DNA of 63,759 nt, filler included, from Kipferlia bialata (lineage: Eukaryota): the NCBI GenBank assembly GCA_003568945.1. It is 8 parts of 8 records of this genome, joined end to end, with 100 filler letters (N's around TTAATTAATTAA, not from the genome) between each part and the next. Parts side by side here need not be neighbours in the genome. Positions count along the whole stretch, not along the records: positions 1 to 4,385 come from BDIP01001491.1; positions 4,486 to 14,619 come from BDIP01001492.1; 6 more parts are not named here. One strand, given 5' to 3'. The number at the start of each line of letters is the position of its first letter. Position 1 is the stretch's first letter. Of the stretch, positions 1-13,286 are shown piece by piece. The translations under genes were made by a program, and so were the position numbers. The notes below the pieces were generated by a model that searched no databases, had not been told where the DNA came from, and was given only the letters and a program-made list of their open reading frames with translations.

Positions 1-431
1 TTTTTTTTTTTTTTTATATATCCCCCCCCCCCCCCCCCCCCATTCTATCTTATCCTATCTTTACCCCAGCAAGCTCTCCAACATTACTCACAATCATTCT
101 CGCTCAGACCAATCCACACATCTCTCCCATCAAGCATGCAGTACTCATTCCAACTTCCTGAACCGTTGCTCTCACTTTTTCATTATTTTACATATACATG
201 GCATATAGAATCACATTTACTTAGCTTGACAGACACAGTACCCGTTCTATTGTTATCTCCTCCCCACCCCCCCTCTCTCTGTATATATTGATATGTATAG
301 TGTAAGTGTATTCCTTATGCCGCAGCTGCAGCCCCTCCCCTCTGTACACTCTTTCCTGTCCCCTCTCTTCATACAATCTCTCACACAAGGCTGACCGCTT
401 GACCCTCCTGGCCCACTCACTCCTTCTACTG

Positions 432-3219
432 ATGAACGCAGAGATCTCCCCTCGCGATTGCCCTCACTGCCCTGGTCAGCCCAGGAATCGTCGGCTTCAC
501 CACTTTAGATGCCCCAACCATCCAGACTACCAGCCTGTCACTAATGTTGGGGAGCCTGATGGGGTAGAGATAGGGGCAGACGAGGATGTTGTACGTGGTG
601 TACCGGAGGAGTTACTCCCTGCCCTGCCTGAGGGCTATGTCTACCACAGCAAGGACCCCCTTCAGGTACGATGGTAGTATCAGTAATAATGAAGTAAATC
701 TCGATCTAATATCCTCTCTGTGTAGTATCTCTCTAACACTAGGGAAATGATGATCTTGTCCTCGAGGCACTTGCAGAGAGATACGTAGGAGAGCACCCCC
801 GACTGTCTTACTTGTGTCGCTGTCTAGGGGACAATGGTGTGTACCTTGCCTTGTTTGTCGACAGCGACAGAGGTGTGCATGTGACTGCTTGCACACCTGT
901 CATGACAGGTGTTGTGATCCCACCAGACAACACTATCAGAGACTACAATGTGATTGACACTGCCCTGAACGCTGCTGTAAGGGGGCAAGTGGGGAACGGG
1001 CAACTCACGTTCAACCGTGCTGTCAGGCTGACTGCTCAGAGCTCTCAATGCCCTCTCCTCAGGAGTGCCTTGCTTGACATCGAGTGCCTCAACACTATGG
1101 TCAGTACGACTGTGACCAGGTGTTTGGGGTCAGCCTCCCCTTTTGACTCCCAAGTAGCTGTTCTGGGGGCACAGTACGAGGGAAAGAGTGTGTTCCTCCA
1201 GCACCTATCCTTGATGTTAGTGGAGGGTGGACTGCCTTGCCTAGGGAGAGATGTGTTCGAGGGGAGAATGCAGGAGGGCAACGTTGTTCTCTATGTGGAG
1301 GTACCAGAGAATGGTATAGGGGACATTGGCACTCTAGTTAGAGACATTGTGAGAGGGGGTGTGTTTGGTGCCCTATGCGAGTGGGTCGACACCAACGGGA
1401 CAACACACGTTCTCTCTGAGTTGGCCGTCAACCTGATTAGGACCATAGCATCTGTCGCCAAGTCATCCGCTGACCCATCTGTCAGAGTAGTTGTTGATAC
1501 CGGTATTCCCCAGAGCATTGTCAAGCCCGGTCTGCTCACCAGGCTGCTCAGAGGCATTGGTGTGTCTCGTCCAGTCGAACTTCCCCCTCCTAGTATCTTC
1601 TCTATACTGGAGGACATCAGGGCCTTCTGGAATAGTAATACTGGTGCTCTCCCTCGCCTCTGGGTGATCGTGGATGAGGCAGGGCGCCTGCTTGTCACCG
1701 GCACCAGAACACCCAAGGGGGATAGTTACCCATTCCGGCCCCTGGCCTCGGCATTGCCTGGCGTCGATGGTGTGTGTGGCTTCGGAGGCGAGAATAGCTG
1801 TGCTGTAGTGTGTGGTGGGACCAATCTCTTCAACTATACAGACCATCTCACTGACCCATCTCTACCAGATCCAGTGGTCCCTTTCGTGTCCATGGGACGC
1901 TCTCAGGCCACCAGACTCTATTCCCACCTGTGTGGGGTAATGGGTGTGGAAGATGTAAGGCAGAGAGTCAGTGCAATCTCGGCCGAGACTCTCAAGACAT
2001 ATGTCTGCAGCCGCACCGCATGTGTCCCAGGTTTTGTGGTGGATCTTGCTCTGTCGACGGTGCTCGGGACCCCATACAACGTTATGGATACGGTAGCAGC
2101 CACAGGAATCGAGTGTCTCTCTGACATCTGGAACCATGACTGGTACTGCAGCCGTCCAAAACTCGCCTGCCAGCTCATAGAATACATGAAAGGCACCATG
2201 GGTAGTGCGGCTGTATTCGCTATGGCAGGGCTCACCAATGGAAAGTCCAGTCACATGTCGCCTCCTGTGCTTGCAGGTGTCCTACGGTGGATCACTAGAC
2301 ACCTGGGGCCCGGGTGTTCACAAGAGAGAGACCTCATGTCTATTATTCTCAGATGTGACTCGGACAATAGGGCTCTGCTGCAGTGGTTGAGTGAGGACCT
2401 CGTAACACTGCGCCTCAGACGTGGCAACATGACCCTCCAGATGATTGGTCAGGACTCACTGCAGCTGGGAGAGCCTCCTAGTGTCAGGGTGTACAGTGAC
2501 AGGACAGGGTTCCGTGGTGTCGGTACATGGGAGACCAGTCGTCCAGCACTAATCCTCTTTGCTTCCCGTACCTTCCCAGACTTCACCCATGTGATTGTCG
2601 ATCACAACACTCACCGGGTGCTTCTCATACAGGTACCATACAGGATACATATGAGTATAGCAATACCAATTGATTATATTCAAGTATATATACGGTAGAG
2701 CTAAAATGCAGGGCACTGTTAGCTATTATTGGAGACACTTTACAATGCTAACAATAGGTCACTGTAGCTCCTCGCCCTTGGGACTATCACGATGTACCCC
2801 TCAGAAACCCAGATACCAGTGAGTGGCAGAGTCAATCCATCGATGCGTTCTTCGCCAGATTAAGGGAGGTGTGTATGAATATGGCACTGAATCTATAGAT
2901 AGTAGTAATGTAAGTACTTAAATTGGTATCACCAAGACACATTACCTAGCTAGTGGTTCTGTATATCACTTTGGTTGGTGCCGGATTCCTAAGCTTCTGA
3001 CGCAACTCTCCGCTTGATTATAGATTTGTAACTTTCTCATCCAACCAGTGTCTGGCACAGCCGGAGGACTACACCTATGTGTATGTTATGTGGAGTCCTC
3101 GTATGAGGCTGCGCCCTCAGGGACGGCAGGATCTCAGCCAGGATCTGGGTACAGTCGCTATTGTGGACGTGCGCCCAGGTAGCGGTACCCCTATTGTGTT
3201 CCACTGGGAGCAGCAATAG
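432..3219 (+). CDS. Crinkler/RHS-like protein: Cys/His-rich N-terminus, P-loop NTPase, C-terminal restriction-endonuclease-like (PD-(D/E)xK-type) domain; ~801 aa, 4 exons
   Basis: Exons 432-665, 743-2632, 2758-2868 and 3049-3219 join in frame through three phase-0 GT-AG introns and end at TAG 3217-3219. Walker A-like VAVLGAQYEGKSVFL, Walker B WVIVDEAG. The spliced C-terminus FPDFTHVIVDHNTHRVLLIQ|VTVA resembles the FPxxD...QxTV motif of CR-REase domains. Family call is by motif recognition only. Confidence 0.7.
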
Positions 3220-3484
3220 GGGCTCCGTAGACCCAAATTGAAGACGTAGGGTGTATTTGGTGAGAAACGGATTCTATGTATCTATATGTTTAGTATGATA
3301 GTAAAGATCTCGGTTGTTGGCAAAAGGAGCATATACACGTCAGTAATTTAGTGGAGACAACGATGAAAATACATTGTTATCCTTCGATGCATTGTGCTGG
3401 AGAACAGTTCCATCCAGTGTAGGGGTTGAATCACTTTGAGGCAAGTAGTGACAGACATAGAGGCTCCCTAACAGCGGTAGACTG

Positions 3485-4385
3485 TCACTCATTACTCGAA
3501 CTCTCCTCAGAAGACGATGTCTCCTCAGAAGACGATGATTCTTCTTCTGATGATGATGATTCTGATTCGGAATACTCTTCCATCAGAGACTCTTGTCCCT
3601 CATCTGCTCCGGTAAACCCAGGAAGCAGTGTGAGTGTTCCGCTTGATGTCCCTAGCAGTGTGTGTTTGATCCGTGCTTCAACATCTAGAGGGCGCCGATA
3701 CCTGAACCTAGCTATAGAGTTCGAGAGACAAACTGCAGAGTGTGTCCTGGTACAAGTAACAATTCTCCCCTCCTTCGGGGCCGTGGACTCCTCTACAAGA
3801 GTGCGATAGAGATCTGGTAAGTACAGCCTCATCCCTGGAGATATCTCTAGCTTCCATACAGTGTCAATAGCACTACACGGGACTATCATGTTGATTAGCA
3901 TCCCTGTCTCATTCTTTGTCACTACGTTCCCTAGATCCTTTCCGTCAAGCTCAAACCTAATGTAGGCCTCAATGGTTGGTGCATTCTCGTTCTGAGGCAG
4001 GGTAGCTCCTTCCACTAGATGCGGCATCTAGTAGATGCCTACTGGTAGTTGCCCCTGTCATGATACACCCAGTCAGGTCTGTCTCTCTCAGATCCACCTG
4101 ACTGAGGTCCCACCCCCTCATGTCCATCCCACTGATAGTGGCACCTCTAACCCTGCCCAGACTCTTTAGTTGCCATTCTGAGAGACCCAGTACTCCACTA
4201 AGATTAGTCTTACTCAGATCACAGGTAGATAGGTTGGCCCCAGTGACATTGGCAGTAGTCAGGTCACACTTGGTAAAGACTGATCCTGACGCATCTGTGT
4301 CTCTCAGGTCAAGCGCCTGGAGGCTCATTCCTGAAAGGTCACAGCTTGCTAAGACTGAGAGAGAACTGAGTTGCTCCACTGTAAG
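3485..4385 (-). pseudogene. Pentapeptide-repeat protein with acidic Ser/Glu tail, frameshifted by a 16-nt inverted-triplication insertion; 5' end cut by contig end
   Basis: A(D/N)Lxx repeats (CDLSG, CDLTT, ANVTG, ANLST, CDLSK, TNLSG, WDLSQ, VDLRE, TDLTG) in ORF 3969-4379. Removing 16 nt at 4023-4038 fuses it in frame to ORF 3485-4027 (TTSRHLVEGATLPQ). Confidence 0.75.
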
Positions 4386-4485
4386 NNNNNNNNNNNNNNN
4401 NNNNNNNNNNNNNNNNNNNNNNNNNNNNNTTAATTAATTAANNNNNNNNNNNNNNNNNNNNNNNNNNNNNNNNNNNNNNNNNNNN
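4386..4485. other. Artificial contig spacer N44-TTAATTAATTAA-N44 (also at 14620-14719, 24841-24940, 35060-35159, 45278-45377, 55496-55595, 60796-60895)
   Basis: Identical 100-nt spacer with a six-frame stop linker. Intervening pieces are 10134, 10121, 10119, 10118, 10118 and 5200 nt, consistent with size-sorted concatenation. Confidence 0.95.
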
Positions 4486-4536
<51 letters not shown>

Positions 4537-4671
4537 TCTTTCTATCTATACCCTCCTCACCCATGCTCCCACCCCTGTGTCAGTCTCTCTCAGTATATAT
4601 ATATATGTATGTATATATATAGGTCTGTATAATTATCACCCTCCTCACCCATGCTCCCACCCCTGTGTCAG

Positions 4672-5214
4672 TCTGTGGTACCAGACAGGGGCCATCAGGG
4701 ACAACAACAGGTATTACCTATATATTACTACTATAATACAATAACTATATGAATGGAAATATATATACTACTAACCCTTGGAGCTGGCTGTGCAGCTATA
4801 CGGTTCGTATACTAATTACTATCTATTGATATTGTATGTGACAACTCATACTATAGTATGTCCGGCTAACCCTAGGAGTTTGCAAGTGGGACAGCATCTT
4901 ACATGAATACTATGTCCGCTAACCCTAGGAGCTGGTTTTGTAGTAACACAGTGTCTGCCAAGCCCAAGTGCCTATTTATACAGCATAGTATATGTACATT
5001 TTGGATAGGATATGTATACCAAGGTCATATATCATGTACATCCTGCTAACCCTAGGAGCTGGCTCTGCAGCTACACGGTGTCCGCCAAGCCCAAGGGACT
5101 GGACCTCACATGGATACAGACCGGGATGGTATGTGCATACTCTCTCTTGACATCATGAGTGGATATATTCATATATTCTTAGCCCAGCTCCGCATTTTGA
5201 CCCACCTCCTCTGC

Positions 5215-5264
<50 letters not shown>

Positions 5265-5878
5265 GTAGGTATGTATACACTCGTGTTGTCTTACCCAAGC
5301 TCTGCATCGTGACCCTCCTCCTGTGCTTCATCCTCTACTGTGTGGTCGGGGCATGCATATCAAACGTCAAGGCATTCAGGCGAGGGTTACGCTATGTATA
5401 TATATACATATGTATATATACACATACATATATCCGTCTAAACGTCAAGGCATTTAGATATATAGTGTACTTATACGTGCATATCTCTCTTTGTCCCAAT
5501 ACTGTTTGTTTGTGCCTTTCTCTCTCTCTCCCCCCCCCCTTCTCTCTCTCCTTTCCTAGTATACATATGCCTTTCCCCCGTGTCTGGATTCATACTGTCT
5601 GCGGCCTATGAGAAGTATCTCCTTCTCTCGTCCCCTTTGCTCACCCTAGGTCCCGAGTTACTCTCTATGCTGCCTATGAGAAGCATATTCCTCTCCCCCT
5701 CTCTTACACTTGTGTGTATATGCACCTACCTCACCCTAGGTCGCGTGTTACTCTCTCTGCTGCCTATGAGAAGTATCTCTCCATGTGCCAGGGTAGGGAG
5801 AGAGAGAGAACCAGGCTGCTAGGGGGGAGGGTGGAGGGGGAAGACACGGATGGGGCAGTGGCTGTGGCTGAGGCTTAA
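4672..5878 (+). CDS. 3' part of a hypothetical single-pass membrane protein (multi-exon, 5' partial)
   Basis: Spliced frame LWYQTGAIRDNNR|SWLCSYTVSAKPKGLDLTWIQTGM|LCIVTLLLCFILYCVVGACISNVKAFR|SRVTLSAAYEKYLSMCQGRERERTRLL...AVAEA* (TAA 5876-5878); one hydrophobic helix. Confidence 0.6.
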
Positions 5879-6211
5879 GACCACTAGAGGTGTCTGGAGG
5901 CCTGAAGCTAGAGCTGGAGTGTCGATTGGAATTGGAATTGATAGAACACCCATTGGGATTGTCTATCCATAAACGATTGTACATTAAGCTTCTACGGCAT
6001 ATGTGTAGTATTTTAGTATGGGAACAATACTGGCAACAACAGTGTCGTCAAGTTGACGTCGTCAACACACACACACATACACACACACACACACACACAC
6101 AGAGAGAATCAACAAAGAGATGTGGTCATACCTTGCACCATCACAAACCTTGCTAACTATTCAAACACAGACACATAAATACATATCATCTATTAATACT
6201 TCCTACGCACA

Positions 6212-6247
<36 letters not shown>

Positions 6248-6259
6248 CTGTCTCTCTCT

Positions 6260-7492
6260 CTACCTGGCGTCTGCAATAACACTGCCGGTGCCAGCATCCA
6301 CAATGAGATCGGCCTAGAATTAGATTCATGCACATATAAAAGAGAACCCAAGTACGTACCACATGAAACATGCACATATGTACACTCAGTGCCATTGTCT
6401 GTGCCCCCAGCAAGTCTATGCACTCTCTCTCTCTCGAAATATATATATATCAATATGTGTGTGTAGTAGTAGTTGTTGTTGGTGTATCCATACCATTGTC
6501 TGTGCCCCCAGCATGTCAATGTACACTGCCCTCAGCATGTACATCTTCTCTCTCTCTCTCTCTCTATATATATATACATATATATATACATTGTATATAT
6601 AGTATATACACCATGTATTACATACCATTGTCTGTGCTCCCAGCATGTCAATGTACACTGCTCTTAGCATGTTGTCATTAGTAGACTGGGCAGTGGCCTC
6701 ACCAAGCACATTCTGGTACCTGATAGTGAGACATTACTATATAAATAGTAGATAACAGTGTATGGGGTTGGGGGAAAGCGGTAGGGGGGGGGGGGGCTCG
6801 CCAAGCACATTCTGGTACCTAAGTGGCAGGGGGGGGGGCAGAGAGACAAAGAGAGAGACACTAGAGAGTGACAGTGGCCTCACCCAGTGAGGTATGTACG
6901 ATATATATAAGTATATACATGCGTATATACATACCTAGCAGCTGCTATGCCGTGTGCATCTGCCACAACACTGATATATACTGTATATACTATATATACT
7001 ATATACTACTATATATACTTTGTATATATTCATATGCCCTCACCTGGCAGCTGCTATGCCGTGTGCATCTGCCACGATCCTGGTGGCATTGGCCATGCCT
7101 GGGGGTGAGATACATAGGTATTATACAATAATACATGTATTATACACAATATACATGCACATATAGATAATGATACATGTACGCACATGGCATTGGACAT
7201 GCCTGGGGGTGAGACCCTCTCTCTCTCTCTCTCTATACACACACATATATATATACGTGTGTGTACTATTACATACTGACACGTATAATCACTACATACT
7301 CTCTCCATACCTGTAGCCTCAGAGACTGATGCATATGCCTCTCCCTGGGCCATTGCAATGGCTCTCTCTCTCTCTCTCTCTCCCCCCCCCCCTCTCTCTA
7401 TATATATATATATACAATAGTATACATGTATATATATACCTGTTGCCTCAGAGACTGATGCATATGCCTCCCCCTGGGCCATGGCGATGGTA

Positions 7493-7537
<45 letters not shown>

Positions 7538-7635
7538 AATATCCATATACATATATATATGCAATAGTATACATATATGTACCTGTTGCCTCAGAGACTG
7601 ATGCATATGCCTCTCCCTGGGCCATGGCGATGGTA

Positions 7636-7677
<42 letters not shown>

Positions 7678-7937
7678 CCATATACATATATATATGCAAT
7701 AGTATACATATATGTACCTGTTGCCTCTGACACTGATGCATATGCCTCTCCCTGGGCCATGGCAATGGTGGCACCAGTGTCGATGATGGCTGGAAGTAAG
7801 TGAATAGATAGAGGCATATACATACACACAGATACATATATGTATATGTATACATATATAACAATATGTATAAAGGGTGTGGCAATGGTGGCACCAGTGT
7901 CGATGATGGCTGGGGGTTAGATAGACAAGATACATAC

Positions 7938-7990
<53 letters not shown>

Positions 7991-8455
7991 CGAGAAAGGT
8001 ATACTAAGTGCAACGGGGGCAGTGTCGATGATTTCTAGGTATAAGACATAAATAGAGAGCGAGAGAGACAGACAAGGGGTATGCTAAGGGTATCACTGGT
8101 CTGGCAAGCTAGAGAGAGTTAATGGTATAGAATGAAAAGAGAAGCAAATTCGCCGAATATATACATATATGTATATATATATATATAGTCCACTAAAAGT
8201 AATGACTCACCGTTTCTCTTCTGGGTCTCGTACTCAGTCTCAGCTGTCAGCTGCTCCTGGGGTGAGGTAATATATATACATATATGCATATATATATGTG
8301 TGTATATATAGATGTATATACACGGGTACAGATGGCACTCACCTGTACTGCGATGTCGAACTCATGCCTCTCTCTATACATCTACGTATCTACTTACATA
8401 TATGTATAACTACACCACTCACCTGCACTGCAATGTCGTACTGCTGTCTCTCCCC

Positions 8456-8506
<51 letters not shown>

Positions 8507-10691
8507 ATTATACATATAAATACACATATACACACCACCCACCTGCACTGCAATGTCGTACTGCTCTCTCTCTCTCTATATATATACATATGTATATATG
8601 TATGTATACATATATCTACTTGTACACATACATACCTGCACTGCGATGTCGTACTACTCTCTCCCCTCTATCATATATTTATATATATATCTATATCTAT
8701 ATATATGCATATACATAAATATACATGTACACATACCTGCACTGCAATGTCGTACTGCTGTCTGGTGGCACTCAGCTCAGACAGCTTGTCCTGGGGTTAA
8801 ACACTTACATTCAAGAACAAGTTTTCAGTATTTATGGATAGAGAGACATGTCTGCAGTCCGTGTATATGGATAGGCACCACTCGTATGTGGTTGGAAGGT
8901 CCATGGCAGGGGCAGTGACTCATATATATACCCATCCACTATGCAGTATACATCCTCCTCTGCCCAATATGACATACACCATCCATACAACACACCATAT
9001 AATATATAATTTATAATGTACATCTATACCTCGTATGTGGTTGGCAGGTCCATGGCAGGTGCTGGGAATGACTCCACCTTGATGTGGAAGGGGAGCAGGG
9101 CAGTGCCAAGTCTGATGTCAGTATGTAGAATATATACACTGCATATACATAATGCATGGTGTATATATATATATATATGGAAGGGGAGGAGGGCAGTGCC
9201 AAGTCTGATGTCAATATACAGTACATATGAACATATGCATACATATAGATATACTGTATGCATCTCATGTATGTGGAAGGGGAGGAGGGCGGTGCCAAGT
9301 CTGATGTCAATGGAGTATACACATATATATTGTATATATTGTGTATGAACATATATAGAATGTGGAAGGGCAGGAGGGCAGTGACAAGTCTAGGGTGAGA
9401 TAGTATATACTATACATACCACAATATACAATATACATGTAATATATTGTATATGAGTAATATACGTTAATCACCATTAGAAAAGGGCAGTCCCCAGTCT
9501 GAAGGGTAAGAGAGAGAGAGAGAGAGGCGTGTGCCAGGGTGCCTGATCGTATCACTCCCATAGCGATGCCAATGCTCTCTTTCTCTCTCTATACTGTCAT
9601 ATCTCTCTCTCTGTATATACTGTCATATCTCTTTCTCTCTCTATACTGTCATATCTCTCTCTCTGTTTATAGTCAATGCATACCAAGCCTCAATAGCATT
9701 GCCGATGGTGACAATACCAAAGGTACCTATCTGTCTCTCCCTCTCTCTCTCTCTCTCAATAGAATATTTATATATATATATATATATATATATCCTATAC
9801 CTAGCCTCAATGGCATTGCCAATGGTGATGATGCCGCATGTGCCTGGGTTGTCGTCACAGTTGCCCATCCACTCCTGGCCTGGAGGGTGAATAAGGGGTG
9901 TAGAGGGAGAGAGGGGGGGAGAGAGAGAGAGAGCAGTTACCCATCCACTCCTGGCCTAGAGGGTGAGACAAATATATATATATGAGTATATGAATATACC
10001 CATGTATAGAGAAAGAGAGAGAGAGTGCAGTTGCCCATCCACTGGCCTAAAGGGTGAGACACAAACACTTGTATACCCATAGACATATTCAAAGAGACAT
10101 ACCATGGAGAAGGAGAGCGGGTTGGGAGATGGTATGTATACTCAAAGAATTCATTCCTGTGTATTCCCCTGCCACGTCTCTGATGACATCAATAGCAAGG
10201 ATACCTCTCCCTCCCTCTCTCTACTTCTCTCTACCTCCCTCTCTCTATTTATATACTATCAGTATGTATTGTATTGTATACTCTACCTGTGTACTCCCCT
10301 GCCACGTCTCTGATGACATCAATGGCCAGGGTATCTCTCTCTCTCTCTCTCTCTCTGTATATATATATATATACTCTATATTGTATATATACTATATACC
10401 CTATACACTATACCTGTGTACTCCCCTGCCACGTCTCTGATGACGTCAATAGCCAGGGTCTCCACCAGACTGGCATAGTCATCCAGCACAAGGGTGTAGA
10501 GGTTGAACAGACCGTCCTCTGGGGGTTAGGAGACTGTGACAATGGTGTATGCCAGCATCCTCAGACACATACTCTCTCTGTCTGTCTCTATATATATACT
10601 GTATACAGAATACATACCATCATCAGTGCTGTCTGTGACAATGGTGTAGGCCAGCATGCCAGACAGGGTCAGGAGGAGACCGTCACTGGTC
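6260..10691 (-). CDS. SPFH/band-7 (prohibitin/stomatin-like) domain protein, ~10 exons, 5' end not found
   Basis: Spliced: RTSDGLLLTLSGMLAYTIV..LFNLYTLVLDDYASLVETLAIDVIRDVAGEYTGQEW..LGTALLPFHIKVESFPAPAMDLPTTYEDKL..QEQLTAETEYETQKRNAIIDTGATIAMAQGEAYASVSEATGMANATRIVADA..RAVYIDML..LIVDAGTGSVIADAR*. This is an SPFH core followed by an Ala/Glu coiled coil. Confidence 0.8.
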
Positions 10692-10891
10692 CTGGGGTAA
10701 GAATACATAGAGAGAGTATGAATAGAGAGAGAGAGGGGGGGGGGAGGGTCAGGAGGAGACCTTCACTGGTCCTGGTATATAAATATATGGAGAGAGGGAT
10801 AGATATAGAGAAAACAGAGAGAGAAAGAGAATGTCACTGGTCGTATAACCAAAGAGGAGAGACAGAATGGACGTGGGGGGGGGGGGGGGGA

Positions 10892-10922
<31 letters not shown>

Positions 10923-11122
10923 GGGGGGGGGGGGGGGGGGGATTCATGAATACATATGGTAACGGGTCAGATTGGAGAGGACATGGATACTCAATGGAGA
11001 GAAGTCCCTTGATAGCAAAGTACTTTGCTTGTAGTAGTTCGAGACGATTAAGAAATGGGAGAGAGAGAGAGAGAGGGAGAGAGAGAGAGAGGTGAGAGGC
11101 TAAGAACGCGTTGCACACATAC

Positions 11123-11801
11123 CTCTGTAGAGTTTGTATGTGATGTCTGTCTCCGACCTCCACCCATCCTGTACTGTGAAGGAGATCATCTCTGAGGAAG
11201 ACCACCCACCAAAGACATACGCCCTGCCATCGACCACACATGAGCATGAACAGTACGCTTTACAGGGTGCATCCCCCACCTTGACCCACACCCCAGTCTC
11301 TGGGGTATAGTACCAGGTGTCACGCTTGGAAGAGTCACCCCCTGTGATGTAGAGCCTACCACTGAGAGTGAATGCGACGTGGGCATGCCTAGCACTGGGC
11401 CAGTCTCCCCTCTTGTGCACATGGGTCCAGGTCATAGAGGCAATGTCAAAGCGGTACAGGGCATCGGTACCTGATGTATGGGAACTGCTGTAGCCACCAA
11501 AGAGGTAGGCACTCCCCCCCACCCTTGTAAGTGTCACATAGCAGATGTCACTGGGGACTGGACAAGAAGGCAGTGCCACATGGGACAGAGACTGGTCACG
11601 GGGGTTGAAGGTGACAACGACACAGTGGTTGCAGGAGTTCTGCCCGTTATCCCCCACTATCAGCACCTTGTGCTTCCCCTCAGTCCCAGGCGACATGTCG
11701 ATCAGACCCTCGTCAGTGAGGGGGCCAATGTAGGCCACGCCACTCTGATCACCCGAGGCCTTATGCCCCACATCTGTCAGGCTGAAGTCAAAGGCTGGCA
11801 T
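11123..11801 (-). CDS. Kelch-type beta-propeller protein (first exon; downstream exon uncertain)
   Basis: Kelch motifs LTRVGGSAYLFGG..LYRFDIASMTW, WPSARHAH..LYITGG..WYYTPETGVW, VVDGRAYVFGG. ATG 11801; likely donor GTATGT at 11122. Confidence 0.85.
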
Positions 11802-12075
11802 CACGGATATGGCAGAGCGGGTACAATCAGGGATGGGGTTCTGACGAGCTAGAAAATAGAGCAGGTCGCTCAGCTACTCGCTAATGATAAGGTGAAAAGG
11901 GGGCACAAAAACTTGTCTACTTTTACAGCACTGTCAGTTATTATTAATTTATTTATAGTACTGTAAACAGTCCTCCTACACTCCAACAAGAATCTGTATA
12001 TGGATCCAGTAGAACATACTGGGACCCAGTGACACATGCCACATATAACACTTCAGAGAGTTCTATTCCCGCCCC

Positions 12076-12261
12076 TTACTCCATGACCACGTCTCCCTCC
12101 ACCTTGACCTCCTCTGCCTCTTCCCTCTTGGGTGCCACCAGTGCCACCAGTGATGCAGAGGGGTCTACCCCCTTGGCATCAGTGTCAGTGGGCATGGGGG
12201 GGACAGAGGTGCCGGGGGTGCCATGCACATCGGCCTGAGGTTGGTATAGGTACTCACCTCC

Positions 12262-12312
<51 letters not shown>

Positions 12313-12502
12313 TGCCGGGGGTGCCATGCACATCGGCCTGGGGTTGGTATAGGTACATATAGTACAAGAGATAGAGGGGGGGAATATGTCTGTCTGGGCC
12401 GTACCTGCACCTTGGCTGCTAGGTCTGCCTGGGTCCCAGAGGCAGCACCTGGGGTAAGGGGAGAGGAGGAGAAGACAGTATATACAGCAGATAGTAAAGT
12501 TT

Positions 12503-12534
<32 letters not shown>

Positions 12535-13247
12535 GTGCCCTACCTGCTGCACTGCCTGACCCAGTGGATGCCGCTGTCACGGCAGAGGTGCCAGAGGTGG
12601 GTAGCACTGTGATGGGTGTGTGCAGGGAGCTGCGACGTCTGGCACGGGTCTTGGACCTGGCTGGGGGTAAGAGGTACCAACAGTTATACTATAATAGACT
12701 ATACACCAAAATGACTGATAACCTCTCTCTCTATATATACCTGCGGCATGCTCCTTCTTGATGGCCTTGAAGGGGTCGGCTGGGGACTTGCTGGTGCCAC
12801 TCTCGTCCTCCTCGGCCTGGGTGGCTATCTGGGGTGAGATATGATATCAAAAGGAGATAGAGACAATATCTAAGGGTGGGGGAAGGGGGGGTTTTAGATA
12901 GAGGATGGGTGTGTATTGAGCTGGGGCGTACCTTTCCGTATCCCAGGACCCTTGCTGCTCTCCACACCAAGGGAGGGGCTGGGGGTGAGAGGGGAGAGAG
13001 AGCACCAGAGTATACTAGTGACACGAGAGCGCGAGTATTCATCTTTACCAGCTAACTCCCTCTTCTTTCCTGAACAGTATTAGTATTATTAGTATTGTAC
13101 TATATATATACACATCTACATACCTCCCTCCTCTGTTCTGAACAGCCTGTCTGCTGCTGAGTGTGTGTCCCCCCCTGTCCGGTAGGTGTGGTCGGTGGCA
13201 GCGATGATGCGCTGGATCCTAGGAGGTTAGTGACATATAGTCTATAC

Positions 13248-13286
<39 letters not shown>

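Noticed and set aside
3900..3970. Cyclophilin-like start (AYIRFELDGKDLGNVV) after the pentapeptide repeats
   Set aside because: Similarity is limited to two predicted strands; no FHR or other cyclophilin catalytic motifs follow.
4430..4441. Palindromic TTAATTAATTAA recurring about every 10.2 kb
   Set aside because: Always centred in 44+44 Ns; an artificial six-frame stop linker between contigs, not a biological periodic element.
5380..5387. GC donor in the membrane-protein gene
   Set aside because: An in-frame GT donor lies 6 nt downstream (5386), so GC use cannot be inferred.
6260..6315. LIVDAGTGSVIADA as a tRNA adenosine deaminase (Tad3-like) motif
   Set aside because: Upstream exons splice into an SPFH protein; no HAE/PCxxC motifs.
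5890..10500. Many ORF-track proteins rich in YIYI, SLSL and ERER
   Set aside because: Translations of intronic (AT)n and (CT)n microsatellites.
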